DNA from: Hyaloraphidium curvatum SAG 235-1
Taxonomy: Eukaryota > Fungi > Monoblepharomycota
Assembly (NCBI GenBank): GCA_025558095.1
Contig: JAIVFI010000008.1
Coordinates: forward strand, 496,001 to 560,000
Direction: 5' to 3'
DNA length: 64,000 bases
In this document: in pieces, positions 54,992-64,000 of the stretch
Position numbering within the stretch: the stretch's first letter is position 1
How the letters are laid out: every line of letters starts with the position of its first letter
Position numbers and translations under genes: made by a program
The notes under the pieces: generated by a model
The model's database searches: none
Told to the model about the DNA's origin: nothing
Seen by the model: the letters and a program-made list of their open reading frames with translations, nothing else

Positions 54992-55602
54992 TCAGCAAGT
55001 CCGAGTCTTCCCGATACCGTTCCCACCGCCTCTGCCAATCCTGGAGGAATCGCGCCTTTCCAACTGGAGATCGGACAAAACGCGCATCCGTTCTTTCCGC
55101 GCATGCCGCAACTGCGCAAAGAGATCCACGCCCTCGTCGTCGTCTTCTGCGTCTTCCCCGATTACCGCAGCAAAGGCGTCGATGGCTTCTTGTGGAATCG
55201 GTGAGGGCTCGACCAACTTCGGTAACTTGCTCCCCGGGGCCCTGGAATTCGGGTAAGTCGCGGCGATGTAACGGAGCGGCATGCAAAGGGTCGCAAAACA
55301 GGCGGCAACGGAATCTTGGTCCAATGGGTCGGCTCCCAAGACAGCGGCGAGCTTCTCGAATACGACGCCTTCGTTGCGATGTGGCTCGACAACACGTCCA
55401 TCCGAGCCGCCCACCTGAGCACGAACCTCTCGGCGTTTTGTGCGTGTTCCGTGGTCTGAAAGGCCAAATGGATGAGATGCTTGAGGTTCGGTTGGCCCCG
55501 TTCTCGGCCTGGATGGATCTGATTGGACCAACCAAACTTGGACACGCTGGCACCCACGGCCAAGTAGAGATACGGCAGTTTCCTGGTGTCGACGGCCGGC
55601 AT
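54992..55602 (-). pseudogene. GIY-YIG (T5orf172/MUG113-like) nuclease-like protein, apparent frameshift near 55385
   Basis: YLYLAVGASVSKFGWSN...R...F...HAQNAERFV, then HRNEGV in the next frame. Confidence 0.45.
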
Positions 55603-55609
55603 GGTTTCG

Positions 55610-55921
55610 TCATGAAATCGGAGAAAGCGATGGACTGCCGTGACGGCGCCTCAATTGGGGTTCGTGCGAAGGGCAGAACCCACTCTCGCTCCAGGTCTTT
55701 CTCCTGCACCTGCCTCCCATCTTCGTGAACCCAGCGCATTGAACGCTCTCGAACTGGCCATCGATGTCGAGCCCGTTGATGTCGCTTTTGAGCCCTGAAA
55801 TGGCAGCACATGCCACTTCGGCTGCTTTGAGCCTTCGGTTGAGCATCTCCCGTGCTTCGTCGACCACTGCAGCAGCCTTCCTTGCCACATCTTTCAATTT
55901 CTTTGGTGAAAGCCGCGCCAT
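55610..55921 (-). CDS. Small coiled-coil plus CCCH zinc-motif protein
   Basis: QCAGFTKMGGRCRRK....GFCPSH. Confidence 0.6.
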   Translation of the reverse strand: MARLSPKKLKDVARKAAAVVDEAREMLNRRLKAAEVACAAISGLKSDINGLDIDGQFESVQCAGFTKMGGRCRRKTWSESGFCPSHEPQLRRRHGSPSLSPIS

Positions 55922-55975
55922 GGTTTTGTCAATGTTGGCCAAGAAAGAATCGAATTCAATTGAAACGACACTTTT

Positions 55976-57238
55976 TCACCAGGGTTGGTATCTCCTTCCC
56001 CGCCACGGCCTGCCCGGTTCCGTCGAACCCCGCCCAATCACATGAAACAAGACGTTGTTGAGCTCCCACAACGCAAAGTACCGGCACCAATTCAAGCGTT
56101 GCAGTGGGTGGATCGGCTGGGTGTCATCGACAAACGTCTGGCGGTAATCGATGAGGTCTTGGAAAGAACGCGCCAACCCAATGATTCCCTCCGCGAACCC
56201 CGGTTTGTTGCCGTCGCGCTCCAGGAGCATCTCGGCCAAGGACTGCACCACCATCGGGTGCATGCCATCCTTGATAGCGCGATCCATGCGTTCTGGAATC
56301 AGTCGTCGCAGGCCCAACTTGCCCGCGTCTCGGATTTGGCTCCACATGATCGACGCAAACGTCTGAGTGGTGCTCCGGTCAAAGAGCTTCAAAACCCAAT
56401 CATCGCAGTAGGATTGCTTGTAACGAAGCCAAGGATTCCACGAGCTGACGTCGAACTCGGTGTTTTTGAGGGCCAAGTACGCTTTCCACTTGGTTTTGGC
56501 AGACCTGCCGAGTTCCGACTTGTAATGGTCACAGAGGACCTCTGCTTCACGCCCCCCCACGTTGGCCAGATCGAAGCAAAGAATGGAAGACGGTGCCACC
56601 AAAGCCAGGATGTCGCGTAGGTTCGGTTCCAACACCGCGTCGTCCTCCTCTTCCTGCTCGAACACGCGCACGACGGCGACTTTGTTTCTCAACGCAGCGA
56701 GTCCCAGGGTCGCGCCCGACGCTTTCGAGGCCATTGCGCGATGGTACAGGTCCGTTCCGCCCGTCCGAAACAGAAAGAGCAAGTGGTTGGTGGATATCAC
56801 GTCGACCCCACGTGGAATCGCGCGATTCGCCAATTCCAACCACAAATGGGTCAATTCGCGCGTCGAAGCACGTCGAAAGTCCGCTTTTGTGCCGGCAATG
56901 GCCACATCGAGCAGTTCGTTGTGGGAAAGCACGTCGCGGATCTCGTTTCGCTGAAATACACGTCTTGCCATCTCCAGATTGCCAGTATCGTGAAGCCAGG
57001 ACGATTCGCCTCTCAGTGCGTCGCTGGTGAGATGAAAAAGGCGGTGTGCCGCTTCCTCGGTCCCGTAACGCAATATAAAAGCGTCTGCCCTCGCCGAGGA
57101 GTCGAAGATCTCCTTCAGCGCGCGACACGCGATGGAGAGCTTCCACGCGTCAGTGGGCGCCAAAGACGCAGATACGCGAACGAGCAATTCCGGGGCGAGT
57201 GAGGTAATGGGGAAGAATTCGTCTCCCGGCGCGGCCAT
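55976..57238 (-). CDS. F-box protein, paralog of 28461-29660
   Basis: ITSLAPELLVRVSASLAPTDAWKLSIACRALKEI. Confidence 0.8.
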   Translation of the reverse strand: MAAPGDEFFPITSLAPELLVRVSASLAPTDAWKLSIACRALKEIFDSSARADAFILRYGTEEAAHRLFHLTSDALRGESSWLHDTGNLEMARRVFQRNEIRDVLSHNELLDVAIAGTKADFRRASTRELTHLWLELANRAIPRGVDVISTNHLLFLFRTGGTDLYHRAMASKASGATLGLAALRNKVAVVRVFEQEEEDDAVLEPNLRDILALVAPSSILCFDLANVGGREAEVLCDHYKSELGRSAKTKWKAYLALKNTEFDVSSWNPWLRYKQSYCDDWVLKLFDRSTTQTFASIMWSQIRDAGKLGLRRLIPERMDRAIKDGMHPMVVQSLAEMLLERDGNKPGFAEGIIGLARSFQDLIDYRQTFVDDTQPIHPLQRLNWCRYFALWELNNVLFHVIGRGSTEPGRPWRGRRYQPW

Positions 57239-58052
57239 CGTGTTGGAATTGGTGGGGAGAGATGAGAACCGACTCCCCCACAACAAATCCCGAACCGCCT
57301 TTAAATCTCAACTCTCCTCTCGTGACTTGTAATGACTTCACCCTCGACGCTCAGAGAACTCGATCAGATCCCGCCGCCGACTCAGCAGCGCTTCTTTCGC
57401 GCCCAAACGACCCGCATTTGCCGGCCGCCAGCTGCCAACTATGCGCGGCGCAATCACAAACTATGCATCTTTCAATCACCAACACTATGCGCCGAATATT
57501 TCTATGCGCCCTTCAATACCCAACATTGCGCGAATCGATCCCATGCACTGGGGCTACGTCTTCCCCACGCCCCATAGCCACTCCAACAGGATCTGGGCAT
57601 GGTGATTGAGGACGAGGAGGATCAGGAGAGGATGGTCAGCTTGCTAGCTTTGTTCTTTGCCACTTTGCAGACGACACCACTTTAATCTCGAAGACGGTAT
57701 ACTGGCCAGTGATCGCATACAGATAAGCCAGGGAGGTATATTTGGGCTGATGAATGACAGCACGAAGGGCCATGCATGTCACTTTGTCCCTGGTGCTTTC
57801 CAAGGGACCCTCTGACTCCTCTGCTGTGTTGTCAGGAACCCAGGGGCCAGCTGGGCCCTAGGTGGGACTGCACAGCATCGAGGCGGCTGGATGTCTCTGT
57901 ACACAGTGAGAAGCAGTGGGGGTACATGGTGTTTGGGCGGCCCCCATGCTCTCCCTAACCAACCCATGGCTAGACCATCTCCCAAGGCCCGTCCTGACAT
58001 CCTTTCAATCAGTCCTTTCAATTATATGCACCTTAGAGACGTCTGTCTCAGT

Positions 58053-61000
58053 CTATAGTGTCAGCCGGTACACTCTGAAACTGCAGTCATCCCCAACAGA
58101 AGCCAACCGCAAGCTAGTTACATCATTTTCGTCCCTGGAATCAGAAGGCTTGAACCGCAGCATCTTCACCATCCCAGAATGCAACATACTGGCATGTGCA
58201 AGAGTGAGCTGTAAAGCATTTGTTCGTCCATAAAGTGCCTGCAACGCACCTCTCGTGAATGCAAAGCAAACAAGACCAGTTGAGTCCATCACCAGCACAT
58301 CCATGAAGTACAATCTTGCCGTCTTCAAGACCAGATGCAAGAATGTACCTATGAAGGCAATCAGGAAGGTTGAGCATGGCCAAAAGAACCAACGTAACCC
58401 ACCTTTGCTTGCCAGTCAGGCATGGTGCAAAGTCAACAGACATAACTGGGACTTCAGCAGTGATGGTAAAGACGGGTTCTGCATCAGGTGATTGCCTACA
58501 AAGGCTTGTCTGCCAAATCTTGACCTACAATGGGTTTAGGAACTGCAAACCTTCCATCTCAAAGGACACTCACTGTTTTGTCCCTTGAGGCTGTAGCAAA
58601 GAACACATTGTCATGTGACCATCTTGCATCCCAGATTATGCGGCTGTGTGCCTTTCCTTTGTGCACAACAGTTCGAAATCTGCCATCTGCATCTCTTTCA
58701 CAGAGTGCCCATGAACGGTCCCTGCTGACCGTGAGAAGAAGTGCATTGTCAGGCGAGAAGCTCATTGATGTCACGGTCAGGGAGTGCAGTACAAGAGGTG
58801 CTTGGAGCTCTGTCCACTGCATGGTATCCCAAAAGCGCAAAGATGCATGCTCTGGCTGCGTTGCCTGCTCTCTGGTCAACAGACACAAATGACTTCCGTG
58901 GCATCCAAACCTACCCTGCTTGCAGAAACAAGCACTTTGCCATCCTGGCTGGCAGTTAGGGCTGCAATCTCGTAACCGTGCCCATATCTGGTGACAACAT
59001 TTGGGTTAGACACGGGGAAGACCAACGACAAGGACCTACAGTTTGTTGAGCTCAGGCCACAAGGTCTGCTGCTGCAGCTCTTCATCCAGAGGAGGGATAG
59101 ACAGGCTGATGGAGCCGGATGATCCTGAATGCATACACCGCGTCACTGCCAAGTTGCTGCACAAGGCTCGCAAAACGTACCATCCATGACTGTCTTGTTT
59201 GAAAGACCGAGAGCAGGCAGGGCGGTCTGACCAAAGCTTCCAGAAAGGGAAACTCGAGCCTAATCAAAAGATCAGAATCCATAGGAAGCACGAGTCCACG
59301 AACATTACATTGCTTGATTGCTGATCTTGCAAAGCTGAACACAGGGCCTCAAAGAGCGGGGGGGCTTCAAAGATGCGCACCAGCTAGGAATCTCGTCAGT
59401 GCTGTCCAGCAGCAACACGCAATGAGCCCTTGCCTTCTCCTCTGCCCCGCTGGCGTAGATGCTGCCTCTAACAACTGCGCAACATGACAGGTCATACCCA
59501 TGCACTTGTGGACGGCTTAGTTCCACCCAAGGCCCCACATCATGCAGAGGCACAAAGATGCGAGATGTTTGATCATCTCTGATCAAGGAAGTGATGAGCA
59601 TGGCACAGTGAACTTACTTACTTCTGGTACACTTACCCACATGTCAAGACAAAGCTCCCTGAAGGGTGCCATGCCAGAGACTGCACGGGTCTGAAATGCC
59701 CTGTAAGACCGGGAGCCGGCACCCAATCCTGGCCTTCGGCTGTCGCCAAGCATCGCCAAATGTGCAAAGACCCATTGTGTCCACTTGCAATGATTGCTTT
59801 TCCGGAAGGGTCTACAATGCCTCCTGAAAAGCTGTAGCTCGAAGCGCCTCCAACTGTCCCAAGCCGGGCCTGCAAGCACCAAAAGGTGCATAAGCAACAG
59901 GTGAAGGTGTGCCACAAGACGTCACTCACCAAGCAGATCCATTTGCGCTCAGCTCCTCCATCGGGCATCCACAACGATAAAGTCTTGTCAGCAGAAACGG
60001 AAAGCAACGTCGGGAATTCATCTGCCGAACCTAGAAAGAGTAAGCTCCACAACAGCATCATTATCAGCACACCAACCACGCATCCAGGATACGTTAAGCA
60101 CCCAATCATCGTGAGCAGCAAGAACAGTCTCCAAAGACACGGCGTAGCTGGCGTTGTGAAGGCTGAGGTCAGAGACGTGACCGAGCCGTTGGAGGTTCCC
60201 TTACCTCTGGGCCGCAACTTGAAGCCTCATCATTTTCGTATCCACGAAACGCTCCCCTTGCATTTCCTCTTCGGGCTCTTCTTCTGCAAAAGCCCCCGGG
60301 GCCTGACGCTCCTCCATTGCATCGAGATCGTCATCGGCATTCCCGTCTCCTTGAGTGCCCGCCACGATGTTTCCGGTATTGACCAGCTTCCAAACGCGAA
60401 TGTACCTGTCCTGTGATGCCGATGCCAGGTACGTTGCATCCAATCCGTGGTAGAAGGCGACCCCTCGAACCCAATCAAGATGCCCGCCGAAGGCAAGCTG
60501 ATGAACAACCTTGCCGTCCTCTCGCTCCACCCACAAGTGCACCTTCTTGTCCGTGCTGCCGGCCGCGACAACCGCCTCTGAGGCAAAGGTCCTCGGTACT
60601 AAGTCTTTCCGCGCGGCGCAGCGACGTACTGTTCTCCCCCCCCAGGTGTGCCACCGAGAGTGAAAGACTGTAGGCCCCCTTCTGGAATTCAGAATGAACG
60701 CAAAGTGCCTCCCCTGATACATCATGCGTTGAGGCGAACGAGGCGGTGTGCGGCCGGTCACGCCTAGCGTACCTGACTTTGTCAACTTCCAAAACAGCAG
60801 CGTCCCCATGGAATCACAGCTCGCAAACGTCACAGCCTCGGAGCCATCGGTCGCGCTCGTGGACACTCCAATCGAAATGACGCTAGCCGGATGGTTGCCC
60901 AGCGTTTGGAGGCATTGCCACTTCACGCCCTAACGTTGACAGGTCGCCAGTCAGCGCATCGGTGCACTGACGCGAGCCCTCCCATAAGGAGCTCGTGATT

Positions 61001-61395
61001 GCTACCCACTTGCTTGGTGGATGCCACGCTCCATATTCGCACGGTTCGATCGGCGGAGCCGGAGACCAGGAGATTCGGCCCGCCTGCACCAGCTCTGGTG
61101 AACGATTGATCCTGCCGGTGCTTCCCAGAGACATACCCGAGCGCTTCAGCCACGCCACGCAGTTCACACGGGCTGAATGGCCACGTAGAGTGGCGACTAC
61201 GCCCCGCTGCGGAGTTGCCTTCGGCATGGTGGGTCTTGGTCCGCAGAGGTTCGCTTCGCACCGTCCCACCTCCGGGTACCAAAGGGCGATCAGACAGTTG
61301 GCCGCATAGGCAACGAGATCGTCCGGGCCCCAGGCAATCCCGGAAGTGACAGCGTTGGCCCCGACGCACAGCCCTTCCAACGATGCCGTGACCAT
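58053..61395 (-). CDS. ELP2: Elongator complex subunit 2 (WD40), multi-exon
   Basis: VGANA..., LRGHSARVN, GHLDWVRG...LASASQDRYIRVWK, ELSRPQVHGYD, YGHGYEI, HSLTVT...FSPD..LLLTVSRDR, AHSRIIWD. Confidence 0.93.
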
Positions 61396-61469
61396 CAGTT
61401 TGACGGCTCAGGGTGGGGGGGATCTGAGACGGAGCGTCTCAATAGCAGCAAGCAGCAAGAGGAGACCGT

Positions 61470-61974
61470 ATGTCGTTCAAACTCTTTGGAGGGGGAAACC
61501 AAGCCCCTCCTGCTGCTCAGCAGCAGGCAAATCTGGCGGCGGTGGGCGTGGTGTAGGCCGGAAACATCTAGAGCACGGCATTGAGGTGGCGGCGTCTTCG
61601 AACAGGCGGAGCAGGAGCTGGAGATGGTAACGGACATGTTCAACAAGCGAGTGCCACTCCGATTGTCTCTGGGCTCGTGAGCTGACATGCCGTGCCACAC
61701 GTGCCAGAATCGTGGACACCTGCCATAAGAAGTGTATCCCGACGCCTTACCATGACTCGGAGCTGAACAAGGGGGAAGCAGGTTAGGGAAAGCGTTCGTG
61801 GGGAAGGACAAGAACTGATGCGAGCCTGCCCGGCCAGTGTGTATCGATCGATGTGTCGCGAAGGTGGGTTCCATGTGGTCGTTGACCGCTCCTGGTCCCT
61901 GAGCACGCGATCCTTAGTACTTTGCGGTCAATGCGGCGATCGGGGCGAAGCTGTCTAGCGCACAACAACGATGA
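61470..61974 (+). CDS. TIM10: Mitochondrial intermembrane-space chaperone Tim10, 5 exons
   Basis: Manual splice: MSFKLFGGG...[52 protein letters not shown]..., with the twin CX3C motif. Confidence 0.92.
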
Positions 61975-62087
61975 GGCCAAGATGTGTGGCGTGTGGAGGT
62001 CCCCGAGGACACAGGAGCGATGGTGTCGATGGCCTTGAGTGGCAGGATTCGGCGAAAGGAGACTGTAGAGCACAAACACTACATCGC

Positions 62088-62731
62088 CTACTTCTTCTTC
62101 GCCGGCTTGGCAGCAGACTTCTCCTGCTCGCCGAACTGCTTCTCCGCGTACGCAACCCTGGAAAGCGAACGATGTTAGCGAAGAGATTAGTAGCTAGGCC
62201 GGAGAGGACTAACCAGTCCTCCGGCGCGAAGCGGTAGCTTTCGGGGTCGATGATGACTGCAGATTGCGCTGCGATGAGACCGAGCGACGTTCGGAGTCCG
62301 CATCTCACGTACGTGGTGCCACGGCTTGCGCGAGCTCCCGGTCCTTCTGGGCCTGGTAGGCGATGTTCGCCTCCTCAATCAGAAGCTCGTACTCCTTCCG
62401 CTTCTCCGCCTCCGCACGCGTCTGCATTATGGCACGGCCCGTGAGCATTCAGGGAATGCCGCGCCGCCAGTCGCCTCCTCGCCTTTGCGAACGCCGTCAA
62501 CTCCTTCTGCTTGCCCCAGCCATAGTAAACGCCGTACGCCAATGCGCCCCAGCGCAGGTACTGGCGGGATGCGGCCGCCAATGGGGATGGGGGAGGGGAA
62601 AGGGCAGACGGGCCGAAGGAGGCCCAGAGCGAAGCATCGGGGCAGGGAAGCAGGCGCAGGTTGGGCGCGAGTTCGTGGAGCAATACGAGCACACCCACGT
62701 TGACGAGAGCGGGATTGATGGCCCCGCTCAT
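62088..62731 (-). CDS. TIM11: Mitochondrial ATP synthase subunit e, multi-exon
   Basis: VN/YLRWGALAYGVYYG (GxxxG transmembrane segment), coiled coil KRKEYELLIEEANIAY, and fungal-type VIIDPESYRF tail. Confidence 0.8.
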
Positions 62732-62805
62732 GGCTGCAAGAAGGTGAGTGGAGGTGTGGGGTGGCGCGCCGCGTCGGCGGTATCATGCCGTCAGTCCTTT
62801 CTGAA

Positions 62806-64000
62806 ATGTCGCGCCCCGATCTCGATGCGAAAGCGGCGATTGAAGCGCAGTATGCGAAGCAGGACGTCTTGCTGCGAAAACTGGCGCGATTTGTGTTGGG
62901 GCCCTGGGGTTGGATCTTGACTGCCGTCGGAGCAGCGTCTCTTGCGCTGCTTCCGCTCCCGGCACTCCAGAAGTCCACCTATGTGGACGAGAACGGCCTA
63001 TTGCCGGGCCAGGTGTGCACATGAAGCGGTACAGCGCACGAGCTACGTGGCCTGATTGGTGGCATGGCCCAGTTTGTCACCGATTTCTGTTCTCGGCAGC
63101 AGGAACGGTTTCGGCGCGTCCAGGTGGACCTCAAAGGACTAGATGGGCACGAGCAGTCAGTTCTATTGTGCTGTTTTACCGCCGGGGTCATTCATTTGCT
63201 CCAGCTTGCAGACGCGTTACATTCTGGACGCCTTCCGCGAGTTGCGCCTGGAGGCACACTCCTTGAGCGCAAGTTTCGGCGACCTGCAGAGACCAGACAA
63301 TGCGTCCAGCACGCGTGAAGAGACCGTCTACGCCGTGCTGAGAGCTCCGCGCGGCGATGGCACCGAGGCTCTCGTCACCTCGGTGGATCGAGACTGCCTC
63401 TCTGGCGGCAGTGAGTGCGGACGTGAATACCCGCAGGCGTATCTCACGCGGATGTGGGAAGCCAACTCTTTGGGCATCGCTTTGCTGATTGCTCTTGCAG
63501 CCAGCTCCAGCAGTAGGATCCAGCGTTGCACGATCGCTGTCCGTAACCTCATTCCCGCTTGGCAGGACGCTCTCACTGGTCCAAGGACCAAGTCTTCGCC
63601 ATCTTCGCCGGCGGGAGCCTCGGTGCCCAGCAGTGGCTTGATTCGTATCATCAGCTGACTGGTGAGTGCCGCGTTCTGCGTCTGTCGAACGTGGGACCAA
63701 GCTGTCTCTTCCAGGGCCGCCCCATCTATCGCTTCCTGCCCGCGCTGGGGCAATTCAGCAAGCGGTCCATTTGGATCTTTGTGGCGCAGGGGACTCTTTC
63801 ACGAGTCTTGAAGTGACTTACGGTAGGCCGAAGGCTGTGCGTTTTCGCGGTGGGCGGCCACCGACAGACTCGACAGAGGCTCTGAACGGTCAGCTGCCGA
63901 ATCAAGACATAGTCAATGCCGCGGTTGACAACGCCCGGTTTGAGGGCTTTCCCCTTCGTCTGGCCAACCGCGCTGGTCCGGATGCTCAGTCTGGCGACAA
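62806..64000 (+). CDS. GAA1: GPI transamidase subunit Gaa1/GPAA1, 5' part, multi-exon
   Basis: TYVDENGLLPGQV, VYAVLRAPRGDGTEALV, HWSKD, EGLNG-like (EALNG)QLPNQDIVN. Confidence 0.92.

Larger units (their letters stand above)
1..57400. mobile_element. Large virus-like or integrative element (or tandem/nested elements); left end outside the window, right boundary approximate
   Basis: Dense, mostly intron-less ORFs for primase-helicase, tyrosine recombinase, nucleases, kinesin and F-box proteins. Repeat families are shared across 6-37 kb. There is a switch to intron-rich housekeeping genes after about 57.6 kb. Confidence 0.8.

Noticed and set aside
1-57400. Assignment to a named group (Polinton/Maverick, Starship, Nucleocytoviricota, mirusvirus)
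   Set aside because: No diagnostic hallmark (pPolB, retroviral-type integrase, capsid, A32 ATPase, terminally placed DUF3435 captain) was recognisable in this window.

Overview
Eukaryotic chromosome segment, most likely fungal and possibly from an early-diverging lineage (inference from short introns, high GC and gene types). The right end (about 57.6-64 kb) is ordinary intron-rich host DNA: ELP2, TIM10, ATP synthase subunit e and GAA1. The rest (1 to about 57.4 kb, continuing left beyond the window) is mostly a dense, nearly intron-less, virus-like or giant mobile region. It encodes a spliced double-AEP primase/SF3-helicase, two further AEP paralog modules, a tyrosine recombinase plus a truncated copy, a MULE-type DDE transposase, a kinesin motor, an 11-finger C2H2 array followed by a Vsr-like nuclease (split by a frameshift), an EEP nuclease, a GIY-YIG-like protein, a GT-A pseudogene and seven F-box or F-box-like proteins. 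Two host-like islands interrupt it (about 16.6-19.6 kb and 41.5-51.1 kb). It has its own cis-element grammar: 14-bp GAAAGTGTCACCAT arrays at seven intergenic sites (mostly divergent TATA promoters), ten copies of a ~50-bp repeat forming head-to-head palindromes, and two iteron-like repeat sets tied to the replication genes. I recognised no capsid, packaging ATPase or family-B polymerase in this window, so 'endogenous virus' versus 'giant self-replicating integrative element' is unresolved. All calls are by eye from motifs; no searches were run.
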